The notes under the pieces were generated by a model that was given only the letters and a program-made list of their open reading frames with translations, did not search any database and was not told the origin of the DNA. Positions 12,099 through 23,737 of a stretch of DNA of 62,000 nt are shown here, one piece after another. This DNA is from Wallemia ichthyophaga EXF-994 (Eukaryota > Fungi > Basidiomycota). The position numbers and the translations under genes were made by a program. The DNA is taken from assembly GCF_000400465.1 (NCBI RefSeq), contig NW_008806281.1:82001-144000 (forward strand), in the 5' to 3' direction. How positions within the stretch are numbered: position 1 is the stretch's first letter; every line of letters begins with the position of its first letter.

Positions 12099-13617
12099 TT
12101 ATTCGCCATGGAATTCAGATTGGACAGCACTAGCAAAATCATCATCGCACAGAACCCTGAAAGCCGTTAGTGCGACACCTGTAGCCGCCTCGAGTGTTTT
12201 TCGATGGGCGATGGGTGTATCGGTGCACCTTGCGAACTCTGCGGTATGATTAGAAACGCCTTCCTGTGAATAAATTTCGTAAGCAGGGTGCAGACCGGGC
12301 ATAGCGTAAGTGACAGCGCCGAAATCTGTTGATGCGCCTCCAGGGACGTCCAAAGCGAGCTGGACATGCGTACCAAATCTGCGCATCAATGCGGCTGCGT
12401 ATTCAACGGCTGCAGAGAGTGTGTGAGTAAGGACAATCCGCAAGTGATCAAACCACGTACGCACCGAGAAGCCCATTATGACGAAGTTCAGGGTGAGGAG
12501 GGGTGGTATCATGCAAGACGAATTGGCATCCGGTAGCATCAGCAGCAGCTCTTAAGCACGCAACTACCCTCCTCTTCAGTTCCACCAGCTCAGCCAGGGT
12601 CGCGCTGCGCACGCCATACCTGAGGCACGAGTACGCAGGGATAACATTGGGCGAGTAGCCCGCGGTGTCGATGACACCGTGCACGCGCTCATACGGCTTG
12701 GTCTGCTGACGGAGAGCGTTTATGTTGGTGTATGCGAGGATGGCAGCGTCGAGTGCGTTTATGCCCTCGTGCGGTGCAAGCGCTGCGTGTGCAGCCTTGC
12801 CCAAGTACTCTGCACTGAACGAATCGATTGCCAACATGGGCGATATTAGATCAGTTTTGTACGGCGCACCTCCACCCGGATGGATCATCAGCATCGCATC
12901 TGCGCTTTTGTATGCACCGTGTCTCAACATTCTTATTTTGCCACCGCCCCGCTCTTCCGCTGGTGTACCTAGGAGGAGCACCCTCCCGGATACATCCATC
13001 TCTGCCATCGCTGCAGCCACACCCAAAGCTGCCGCTAATGCTCCCTCAGCTATCAGATCTGCCTGTGTTAGGCGGAAGATTAGGGCGTGAAATATTCAGC
13101 TACCCACTGTGTCCACATGCATGCCCTATGCCCGGCAAAGCCTGCCTATTCAGCATAAACCCCGGAATGACATCATACTCACATCCATCTCAGCGTTGAA
13201 TCCCACTGTGCGTCCACCTATTCCACGACTAAATGTAGCCTTCCACGCCGTTTCCATCCCGCAGATTCCTCTCTCCACTCGCCATCCCCTGCCCTGCATA
13301 AAGTGGGTGAGCGTATTCGCCGCGTAATGCTCTCTGAATGCCAGTTCGGGATTTTGGTGGATCGTCGAACCAAGCTCTCTCAGTACACTCTCTTCCATGT
13401 GCAACGTTCTTTCTATTACCCCCGCTGCCCTGTCTGCCACTGGCTCGAAATTGGCACGATCATATGATGGCAGGGTGTTGGTGTGTGAATCGGTTGCATC
13501 TACTTCCAAATAGGTTGGAAGGCATGACTCTTGCTGCTCCTGCTCTTCACAATCCCTTTGCTCTGCATTCCCTGGCTCCTCCTTGAATTGTTTGCGTTTC
13601 GATAAGCAATTCCACAT
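12099..13617 (-). CDS. M20 family amidohydrolase (PM20D2/ACY1L2-like)
   Basis: IHQNPELAFREH, GFNAEMD|ALPGIGHACGHNLIA, GTPAEE, MIHP, GGASTDFGAV after removing three short introns. Confidence 0.88.
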
Positions 13618-13659
13618 GAAAGTTATTGGTTATTGGTTATATTATAATACACAACAAAA

Positions 13660-15429
13660 TCAACGCTGCTGCTTCATTTTATTCACCGCAAATTCATTCA
13701 ACGCCTTGATGATGCGAGCCAGCTGCTCTTTGCTGCTCAAGTCAGACCTCTGAATAACCTTAGCCAACAGCTCTTCTCGGACAGAACAACCGAGTGCTTC
13801 AAAAGTCTCTAGAACAAGTTTGATAGCATTGATGCGATTCTGCGCATTAATATCAGCCGACATGTACCTAACGCAGAGTTCCATAATCATTTTCTCATTC
13901 TTGCGCAAATTCTTGCGCCATATATCGCCATTATCGTGTATACTCCTTTTGCACCACGCTTGCTTGTACAGCTTGAGCATTCTACTCAGACCCACTCGTC
14001 CATTCCAATGAGGGGAGTGTTGATTCGTTTTCCAAAATAATCGCTGTAGGTGCTCGTATTCGTGTGTGTTGGCTTGTTGCATTACACCCGCATTCGCGAT
14101 ATCTATATACGCGCGCACGGCATAGCGGAACCCTATGTAAAAATTGCAGTAGATTGCTGTTTGGAAGATACTCATCGCTGATAGAAATACGCGTCGGCGT
14201 ATATTCCTAGCCCTAATCTGGGCTACGATTGGCTTAGATTCGGGCTGGAATGACATTGGTGTTCTTTTACTTTCATACAACTTAAGCAAACCCGTAAAAT
14301 GCATATGAGCCTGCTTAAATGCTACTTTGCGTTGATTATTCGTAAGTGATAGTCTAATTAAGTGATGTAGATTGCTAGTATTGGTATGTAGATGGGTGTT
14401 GTCCTCACTCATCTCAAGTCGTCTCATGACTTTTGCTCTATGCGTCTTGTAGTCTACAGATGAAGTTGTGCCTTTCAATTTAAAGGATTTGAGTAACGTG
14501 GATGATGATAACGATGCTGATGCTGATTTAGATCCTTTTTCTATATTCTCTACTATTGTTAATAATTTCTTGGTGTTTTCTATTGTGTCGCATTCTGCTA
14601 GTTGTCGCAAACGATCTGTTATTGCTGCTTTGTCTTGTCCCAACTGTAGGAAAGCGGAGGATATAAAACTAAGAAACTTCCTATCTAATTTGATGTAAGT
14701 TTGAGAGATTAGCGATAGTATGGCTGTGATATCGACTAGAACACTTTCCTTATCTGATGCAACAGATTTGTACTCATGTATTAGTGATCGTATGAGGTGT
14801 ATATGGGTACCATGAGTGCGATCAACATTGAGTAGTTGTTGTTCAGCTAACAAACTAGGGGTAGATTCGATATCGTAACGCTGAAGCAGCTCATAAACGC
14901 GTGAAATAGCATGTGGGTAGGGAGAATTAATGTTCTCGCTCCATTCCTCAGTATAACAACGAAGGCTGTGGTGTAAATGCTGAGCTAGCTTGTTAAGCTG
15001 TTCTAAATCTGTACCTTGACAATCAACTTTAGCCGCAACGACGGCAGAAATGATAGTTACGAGAGTCCTTGGAGCGTAGCAAATATTCCTCCCACCTTTG
15101 CTAACGTTTGGATGAATGGAATACTTAAAGAAACGCAAAGCAGCGCTAAAGTGTTTACGATTGAGTAATTCAACGACGGCTCGAACATAAGGATCATGAT
15201 TTGAATGTACGCACAAGTTACTAGGTAAAGTGTCTAAAAGAGAGCGTAATTGGGCATTTGTGGGTCTACTGCGAGTGTTTTTGAGTGAAAACTTGTGCGA
15301 TCTAGTGAGCTTGAATGGAGAAGGAGAAGGAGGAGGAGTTAGACTAGATTTTAGATTAGACGAAGTACTAGGAAAAGGCTTGAACGATTTGGATAATTGA
15401 ATTAAGCACTTTAGTGGGTGTATGACCAT
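13660..15429 (-). CDS. Hypothetical 589-aa intronless protein with basic S/P-rich N-terminus (possibly mitochondrial)
   Basis: Long ATG-started ORF; no family recognised. Confidence 0.7.
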   Translation of the reverse strand: MVIHPLKCLIQLSKSFKPFPSTSSNLKSSLTPPPSPSPFKLTRSHKFSLKNTRSRPTNAQLRSLLDTLPSNLCVHSNHDPYVRAVVELLNRKHFSAALRFFKYSIHPNVSKGGRNICYAPRTLVTIISAVVAAKVDCQGTDLEQLNKLAQHLHHSLRCYTEEWSENINSPYPHAISRVYELLQRYDIESTPSLLAEQQLLNVDRTHGTHIHLIRSLIHEYKSVASDKESVLVDITAILSLISQTYIKLDRKFLSFISSAFLQLGQDKAAITDRLRQLAECDTIENTKKLLTIVENIEKGSKSASASLSSSTLLKSFKLKGTTSSVDYKTHRAKVMRRLEMSEDNTHLHTNTSNLHHLIRLSLTNNQRKVAFKQAHMHFTGLLKLYESKRTPMSFQPESKPIVAQIRARNIRRRVFLSAMSIFQTAIYCNFYIGFRYAVRAYIDIANAGVMQQANTHEYEHLQRLFWKTNQHSPHWNGRVGLSRMLKLYKQAWCKRSIHDNGDIWRKNLRKNEKMIMELCVRYMSADINAQNRINAIKLVLETFEALGCSVREELLAKVIQRSDLSSKEQLARIIKALNEFAVNKMKQQR

Positions 15430-15573
15430 CGTCGAGATAGCATCAATTGGTTAATAGAGGATATGAAATTACTAGTGACCTAGGCAATTAATTTAATAGT
15501 GATTTATAAAATTTAGACTATTAAAATCCAGCGATGTTTCCTTGTGATCCTTGGTGATTTACGTTAAAGAGAG

Positions 15574-17621
15574 ATGAAAATAACGGACAAGCTGTTGGCT
15601 GCAGAAAGGGAAGACAGGCTTTGGTGGAGTTTTGAATTCTTCCCGCCAGTGAGTTTTGTAGACTGGTTGCTTCTTGAAATTCTAATGAAATTTACAGAGA
15701 ACTGCTCAGGTTGGTTGATAGTCTAAGCTGGCTGGACATTTCAGCTAACATGTTCAATACAGGGAATGACAAATCTCGTTGATCGTATCGAAAGAATGAG
15801 ACGCTTGGGTCCTGAATTTATCGACATCACTTGGTTAGTGCACTACCAGCCAACGTATTCAACAAAGTCTAAACAATTTCAGGCACTCTGGCGGCAGAAC
15901 TGCTGAATTGACTACTGAACTCGTCAAGACTTGCCAGGCTTCAATCGGCGTTGAGACTTGCATGCATTTGACCTGTACTGGCATGCCTCGTGAAAAGGTC
16001 ATTAATGCTTTAGAGGTGCGCTTATAATAATATCCCTCTTCGTCTGCTTACATATATCCAAGGAAGCCAAGAAGAATGGCTGCACGAACGTCCTTGCTTT
16101 GCGTGGTGATCCTCCCAGAGGTCAGACTGAATGGTATCCTCACCCAAATGGCTTCACTTACGCGGTTGATTTGGTCAAGCACATCAAAAGTGTCTACGGT
16201 GACTACTTCGAAGTTGCCGTCGCTGGTTTCCCTGAAGGAAACCTCCAATACAAACACTCATCAGACAAAGCCCTTGAAATGCAATACTTAAAGGAAAAGG
16301 TCGAAGCAGGTGCTGATCTTATAATGACTCAAATGTTCTACGATGTTGATAACTTTATCGATTGGTGCAAACAAGTTCGCAAAGCTGGCATCACCGTCCC
16401 AATCGTTCCCGGCATCATGCCGATCCAAACTTGGAACGGTTTCCAAAAAGCTGTACAAATGGCTCAGGCTAACGTTCCTGAATCATGGATGCAACAACTC
16501 GAAGCAGTCAAAGAGGATGATGCATCAGTCAGAAAAGTTGGTACTAAGCTCGTTTCTCAAATGTGCAAACAGATACTAGACGCCAATATCGGTATCAGAG
16601 GGCTTCATTTATATACTATGAACCTTGAACGTGGCCCTAAAATGATTTTACAAGAGTTGAATCTCATCCCACAAACTCAAATACTCAATCCCCTTCCATG
16701 GAGACCATCACTCACGCCTATGAGACGCACAGAAAACATCAGACCAATATTTTGGGCGAATCGTCAGAAATCATACTTGTCGCGCACGGAAATGTGGGAT
16801 GAGTTTCCAAATGGTAGATGGGGTGACTCACGCTCTCCTGCATACGGTGAATTAGACGGTTGGGGTCCAACAATCAACCTTAAGGCTGAGGAAGCTCTTG
16901 AAATCTGGGGTGAACCATCAAAGTACGATGACATTTGCAGTTTATTCTCCCGTTTCTGCTTGAATGACTTAAAAGCTTTACCATGGTCTGATCAACCGCC
17001 AGCTCGTGAAACTAGCGTCATTGATAGACAACTCGCAAAAATGAATGATATAGGCTTCTTTACGATTAATTCTCAACCTGCAGTCAACGGTGCTCGCTCA
17101 GATGATAAAGTGCACGGTTGGGGTCCTAAAGGCGGATACGTATACCAAAAAGTTAGTTGAAATGACTACCCAATTACACTGCTGACAATCAATTCAAGGC
17201 TTATCTGGAGTTTTTTGTGTCTCCAGACAATCTAGACAAATTAATCAGTCGTATAGAATTGAATCCGATGATGACATATTACGCAGTCAATAAGCGCGGT
17301 GATTTGAGAACAAACACTCACTCAGAAGGCCCTAATGCAGTCACGTGGGGTGTCTTCCCTGGCAGTGAAATAGTCCAACCCACAATCGTCGAAGCAGTCA
17401 GTTTCATGGCATGGAAAGACGAAGCATATGAATTGGGCTATCAGTGGAGCGATATGTACAAGTACGGATCGGCAAGTCAACAAATCATCAGACAGATCAT
17501 GGACACGCATTTCCTGGTGAACGTCGTCCACAATGACTTCAAGAATGGTCAAGACATATTCAAACCTTTTATCAATGAATTCGATAAAAAGACAGTGCTT
17601 AACGATACCACAAAGAATTAG
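15574..17621 (+). CDS. MET13: Methylenetetrahydrofolate reductase (MET12/MET13 type)
   Basis: SFEFFPP, LALRGDPP, VAGFPEGN, TQMFYD, WDEFPNGRWGDSRSPAYG, TINSQPAVNG; several short introns. Confidence 0.92.
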
Positions 17622-17853
17622 CACACTCAAGACACTCTCACACCTATAGAACTAATTTCACCTTGGTCTACAAAGGTTCAACCCCCTTTTTGACATAACA
17701 TTAGTAAAAAAGAAAAAAAAAAAACCCGGATCAAATCAGTACAAGTCGACATTTACCCCCAACATGTTTTAATAAGCAACATCTTTTCCATCTCAGAATC
17801 TCAATTGTACACAATTTGCATATTGCACTTCAACTTGCATAAACTACCCCTTG

Positions 17854-18840
17854 CTATCCTTTAATAAAAAGTTGCCATGTGCGCTCAAAGATGCTATCCA
17901 AAGTATTTTTGATTGCTTCGCTGAAAACGTCCTGAGTTATTGTCGACTTTGATCCAGATAGCGGGGCAAGAAGCACGAGAATGCTAATTTGCGATGAACG
18001 AGTTGGCTCGACGTTGAGTGCAGATATTGATAAAAGGGCGAAGAGCGATGAAATGCATTGACAATTTCCTGTGCGTTGTTCTGACGCGAAATTGTAAATC
18101 GGAGTAATAATCTCTTTAAAAATGGACATCGCGACACTATTATCTTGAGTGTTGAGGAGGTCGAGAACCATCTTGACGATTTTAATTTGAATACAGGCAG
18201 GAGATTGAGGATGTATCAACAACCATATCAAAGATCTAACGACTGTGGATGCAAAGAGACTCTCAAACCCAATTAGCTGACCTTTATTGTTGAGTGAATT
18301 GAGTTGGTGCAAAGTCTGCTGGCGTATGTTGCCAACCATATCGATCAGCATGATAATGATACGCGGTTGAATCTTATCATAGAGACAAGACATGAAAACA
18401 TTTTGAAGGGAATGATAAATGGATTTGGTGAGTGTAGTTTGTGACTCAAGGTTAAATGTATTGTGGCTGAGTAATTGTAGCTGTCTCATAAGTGCCCGTG
18501 TCGCGTCTGTTGAAGATTTCAGCGTGTATCAAACGAATGAGGTCATCTAACCAAATCCATATTGTGAGCTGTGCGGGTTGTGTGTGGTGTGTATTTCTAC
18601 ACTCTCATACTTCCCGTTGTCGATAAATCTCAATAAATCTAGCCTGGCTCTTGGATCGTCGAGTTGTGCAGCCAATTGATAAGGATAAGTACCACTGGAA
18701 ACAGCTTCAATAGACAACTTGAATAGCTCTACGCAGTCTAATGTGAGCGTAAGAGTCGCATTGCATAGTTCTACACCAGATTTCACCGGTAGTGGCCATA
18801 TCTCGGTGTGCTGTTGCAGCCACGACGATAGCCTGAGATG
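17854..18840 (-). CDS. Hypothetical helical protein; start not resolved
   Basis: ORFs 18547-18786 and 17854-18489 join in frame through a 45-nt GT-AG intron. Confidence 0.55.
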
Positions 18841-18969
18841 GTAAGAGATGTGAGATGAAATAGACCATCAAGACGCAATTCTAACCAGCGACAATCTCAA
18901 ATCATCAAATCTCATCGAATTTTGAGATGATGATGGTGCAAGGCTAACAGCGGTTGGAACTCGAGTAGA

Positions 18970-18995
18970 ACGCGCAAATCCAATTAAACGCGAAA
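18970..18995. promoter_or_regulatory. Two ACGCG (MCB/SCB-like) motifs upstream of FEN1
   Basis: ACGCGC at 18970 and ACGCGAAA at 18988, about 85-110 bp before the ATG of a DNA replication gene; function inferred. Confidence 0.35.
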
Positions 18996-19078
18996 TAGAT
19001 ATATTGAAAGTAATTTCAAGGTAAATTCAACGCCCTTATCACGCCATCTACCCACTTCAATATCAACAATCAACACCT

Positions 19079-20522
19079 ATGGGTATTAAAGCACTTGCCA
19101 ACGTAATTTCAGAAGAGTCACCAAAAGCAATAAAGCACACAGATATTAAATCATTATTTGGCAGGAAGGTTGCAATCGATGCTTCCATGTCCATCTACCA
19201 ATTCCTGATAGCAGTTAGGCAGAGAGACGGCGAGCAATTAATGAGCGACACAGGCGAAACTACATCTCATTTAATGGGATTTTTCTACCGTACACTGAGA
19301 ATGGTCGATAATGGTTTAAAACCGTGTTATGTCTTCGATGGTAAACCTCCTGATCTCAAATCGAACGTCTTAAAGTCTCGCTTCGAGAAGAGAGAAGACG
19401 CGACTGAACAAGGTGAAGAAGCTAAAGAGACTGGTGACGCAGAGACTATGGATAGATTATCTAGACGCACTGTAAGAGTAACAAAGGAGCATAACGCTGA
19501 ATGTAGAAAACTGCTCAAACTCATGGGCATTCCTGTGATTGAAGCTCCTTCTGAAGCTGAAGCTCAGTGTGCTGAACTCGTTAGAGGTGGTAAGGTTTGG
19601 GCTGCAGGTAGTGAGGATATGGATACTCTCACTTTCGGCGCACCCATCTTACTCAGACATTTGACTTTCTCTGAGCAAAAGAAAGAACCAATCAGTCACT
19701 ACTATTTCGAAGAAGCCCTCAGTGGATTAGCCATGGAGCGTGAACAATTTACCGACCTCTGTATCTTGTTGGGATGTGATTATCTAGACCCTGTCAAGGG
19801 TGTTGGTCCTTCAACAGCACTCAAGTTAATTAGAGAGCATGGCAGTCTAGATGAGATTGTGCCAATCTGCAGAGCCAATCAAGAGAAGAGGGCTAAGGAA
19901 ATGGAAAAGATCAAAGAGGATGAAGATGAGAAAGAAGAGGAAGAAGAGAAGCTCGAAAGAGAGGAATCGGGTAGTGAGAATGAAGAGTCCACACCAAAGA
20001 AGAAGACCAAGAAGAGAGGTAAACAGCCTAAAACCAAGTCAGGTCCAGTCATACCAGAGTATTGGCCATACGAAAAGGCTCGCGAGCTCTTTTTGAACCC
20101 TAATGTACACAAAGCTGACGAAGTTGAGGTGCGTGTGTATCTTGAACTTAAACTGGCTCTAACGTTTGATCAGCTCAATTGGGAGAGTCCAGATATAGAT
20201 GGACTGATACAATTCTTGTGTCACGAGAAGGGTTTTGCGTGAGTGCAGTTGTAAACCAAACGATATTGAGCTGACATCCCGTTTAGTGAGGACAGAGTCA
20301 GAAAAGGTGCTGACAGATTGAACAAGATGTTAAATACCAAACAACAAGGACGTCTTGACGGATTTTTCTCAGTGATTCCTAAGGTAAGACATCTTGAGTC
20401 TGTGATTCATCACTAACGCCTATTCACAGGCAAACGACGACAAAATGACAGATAAGAAAGGTGGAGGTAAACGCAAGGCAGAAGATGCCAAAGGCAAGGG
20501 CGGCAAAAAATCAAAGAAGTAA
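19079..20522 (+). CDS. FEN1: Flap endonuclease 1
   Basis: [38 protein letters not shown]; C-terminal PIP-like QGRLDGFF; terminal introns. Confidence 0.95.
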
Positions 20523-20565
20523 ACATGTAACTAGTGTAATATTTTGCTTTATTTATTCTTGGTAT

Positions 20566-21630
20566 TTATGGGATGTCAATTCTTCTGCCCTCCTTGGAGG
20601 ATTGATGGGCTAACTCAATCAGTCTGATGGTAAGAGCAGCAGAGTAAGGATCGACAGCAAGCTTCTCAGTTTTGTTGATTGCATTGGCGACATTTCTGTA
20701 GAAATCGATCCAGACACCTTTTACAGTCTCTACAGTTTCAGTCTTGCCATCTGAGTTGGTAAACGTTCCATGGGCATTCTTATCATCAACGCCAAAGTTG
20801 GCATCAAGTGCATTCAGCCCAGCCTTGATTTGTGATTCTTGAACATCAAATCCATACTTGATGAATGAGCCATTTTCACCACTGATCTTAAACCTCAACT
20901 GATCATTGAAGCACGCCAAAACAGAAGCACCGAGTGTGACAATCAGTGGAATCTTGTTTTGGTAATGAAGGTGAACAGTGAAGCTATCATCGACAGATAA
21001 ATCACCTTTCTGGCGACTATTTTGTACGATAGCGCTGATTTGATGAGGTTTACCAAACAGCTTCACAGACTGGTCGATTAAGTGACTACCCAAATCATAC
21101 AGAACACCGGAGCCTGGTACGTTTTCCTCACGCCAACCACCCTTATTTTGTGGACGGTATCTATCGAAACGCGACTCAACTGAGCTAATGTCACCAAGCT
21201 TACCATCCTTGATGAGCTTGCTAGCGGTAAGGAAATCACTGTCGTATCTTCTGTTCTGAAATACACTCAAGATTAAACCTTTTTCAACGGCCAAATCAGC
21301 CAATTCCAATGCTTGCTCTGATGAAGGTGTCAAAGGTTTCTCAACAACCACATTCTTGCCTGCTTTGAGTGCTTCCTTGGTAAGGTTGTAATGGGAAGTG
21401 TTTGAAGTGGTAATAACAATGAGGCTGACGTTAGTGTCTTTGAGGATATCGTTATAATCGTTTATGACGGTAAAAGGCTCTAAGTGCTGCCACTTGCTTC
21501 TCGCAACGCTGTTTTCTTTCGTAGCTCTACGCTCGAGTACATGTGTCAACTTGAAGTCGTCGACTGCGTCTATGAAGGGAATGTGCAAGTCAGATGAATT
21601 TCCAACACCAATTATTGCCACGTTTATCAT
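20566..21630 (-). CDS. Gfo/Idh/MocA-family NAD(P) oxidoreductase, intronless
   Basis: VAIIGVG, VVVEKP, VFQNRRYDSDF, GVLYDLGSHLIDQ. Confidence 0.9.
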   Translation of the reverse strand: MINVAIIGVGNSSDLHIPFIDAVDDFKLTHVLERRATKENSVARSKWQHLEPFTVINDYNDILKDTNVSLIVITTSNTSHYNLTKEALKAGKNVVVEKPLTPSSEQALELADLAVEKGLILSVFQNRRYDSDFLTASKLIKDGKLGDISSVESRFDRYRPQNKGGWREENVPGSGVLYDLGSHLIDQSVKLFGKPHQISAIVQNSRQKGDLSVDDSFTVHLHYQNKIPLIVTLGASVLACFNDQLRFKISGENGSFIKYGFDVQESQIKAGLNALDANFGVDDKNAHGTFTNSDGKTETVETVKGVWIDFYRNVANAINKTEKLAVDPYSAALTIRLIELAHQSSKEGRRIDIP

Positions 21631-21749
21631 TTTACTTGGTTGTTCGGATACAAAGGCTAAATTGACTGAGTAAAGACTTGTGAGATCACATCATGAGAAC
21701 AGAAAATGATACCATATCGGTAATTGAAACTTGTACATTGTTGAGATAT

Positions 21750-22991
21750 CTAGCTATTTAGCTTGCCCAATTCAGATCCTAGCTTGTAATTGACAACCTT
21801 GTCCCAATCGATCTTCTCCCTAGTGATTGGTAATGCTCTGCGAAGACTTTTGAACAGCTTCTCACTCAATTTATCTTGATAAAGCACATTCAGATGTGCT
21901 TGGTATTGCCTATCAGATTCAATGATTGCCTTGACTAGCTTCTTGGCTTCTTCGGGCGTTGTTGGTGGTCCTTGAAGTGGTGATTTAATTTTTGGCGCGT
22001 GAGATGCTTGTAATTGTACATTTCCGTTTCTGTGGGAATTGTGAGAGTGTGATTAGATCTTTTGTACCACTCACTCAAAGTAATGGATCGAAATGTCGAT
22101 ATTTCCGACTATCTCGTCGCTTGTCAGGTCATACACCCACCTGGCTCTCCATCTGCCAGACCAATAATTTGATTGGTTGAACTTGTTACCAGTGTAGTAT
22201 AAATTGATTTCTGAGATATCCTCTGATTTGGTTTCCTGGGTATTTTGAGCAGCAGGTTCATCAACTGGATTAGGTTGTGCTTCTTCCAATTTGTCTTGAG
22301 ATTCCTTGGGTGATGACTCTTCTTGCTGCTCTGTCTTGCCTGCATCCTGTTGCTCCTCGCTATTTTCCTCATTTTCGGAATCACCCTCTTCTGGCAGCTT
22401 CTCTCCACTCTCGTTTACAGCTTCGTCTGTCTGCTCGACTTGATTCTGCTCTTTTTCCAGTTCCTGCTCTTGTTCCTGTTCCATGTTATCGAGACATTTG
22501 ACGGTAGTATAAACAGCAGCTGTTCCGTTAGAGTAGAACTCTTCAACGTATTCATCTAAAGCGTGTTCGAGGAGGCTGCGAATGTGATTCTGATAGTTAA
22601 GCTGATCGACTGTCTCAACATTCTCGGCCTTAAGATCAAGCTGGTTGAGTTTGTAGACTTTGGATGACTTTGGATCGTAGTATTTATCATGATTTATATG
22701 CGATTGTGGTGTTATCAACGTCTTTGTCGGTGTTAAGGGGATGAACGCGTGCTGAAAGATACGGGACTTACTCTAACGCCATCTAAATCGATAGTATTCA
22801 GTTGCTGCTCGTTAAACTCCTTTAAACAGCCATTCAAATCGTCTTGATCGATCTCTGTCAATACCTTCAAGTCTGCGCGGAAATTAGCATGTGTGATCAG
22901 CCAGGAGATGGAATTTACCTTCCAGCACCTCCTTTAGCTCATTTGGTGGTGATTGTTTTAGTATTTTGCGCACAATTTCCGCTGATGACAT
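21750..22991 (-). CDS. CAP1: F-actin capping protein alpha subunit
   Basis: LKQSPPNELKEVLEDLK, NYWSGRWRARW, IHYFE|NGNVQL, KSLRRALPITREKIDWDK; three introns. Confidence 0.9.
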
Positions 22992-23008
22992 GGTTGATCA
23001 ATTCAACC

Positions 23009-23691
23009 ATGTGGGACTACTTCAATCAGATACCTACTGTCTCCAAATTTTGGCTGATTGGAAGTATATGCGTATCTACGCTCGTTCAAGTAAACGTTCT
23101 TAGTCCTCTTAATCTTTATTTCAGCTTTCACTCTGCATTCGTCAACAACCAGGTGAGCTGGTGTTATCTAATCATCATTCATAACGCTCACACCCAAATT
23201 AGCCCTGGAGAGCTCTTACAACGTTTTTTTACTTTGGAGATATCTCTATTGACCTCTTCCTTCACCTATTCTTCTTCATTAGGTATTCAAGAATGCTCGA
23301 GGAAGAGCAATTCTCCTCGAACAAGGCTGAATACGTTTGGAGCTTAATTGTCATGTCTACTCTGCTACTAGGAATATCCCCCCTTATCAACTTGCCTTTC
23401 TTATCAACAGCATTGTCTTCAGCTTTGGTTTACGTTTGGGCGAGAAGTCACCCAAATGCTCAAATTGGTCTCTTAGTATTCATAATTAGAGCCAGCTACC
23501 TCCCTTGGGCTATTGTTATGCTTTCGTGGGCGATTACAGGTAGAGCTTCTGCAGCTAGGACCGAGTTGGCTGGTATAGCAGTAGGTCATGTCTGGCACTT
23601 TTCAAAGTCAATCTGGCCAAAAGAACTCGCTGCGAGAGGCAAACCACTGCTACCAACTCCTAGATTCCTGACAGAGACGTTGAACAGTTAA
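23009..23691 (+). CDS. DER1: Derlin (ERAD membrane protein)
   Basis: IPTVSKFW, LYFS, RMLEEEQF, VYVWARSHPN, ASYLPW, GIAVGHVWHF; one intron. Confidence 0.88.
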
Positions 23692-23737
23692 TCTCGCATA
23701 GCATTTAATCTTTTGTATTCTAATGTAGCTCATATAT

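Noticed and set aside
17706-17724. A-rich tract and flanks as a Pol III ncRNA or retro-element tail
   Set aside because: No recognisable A/B box, snoRNA box pair or target-site duplication.
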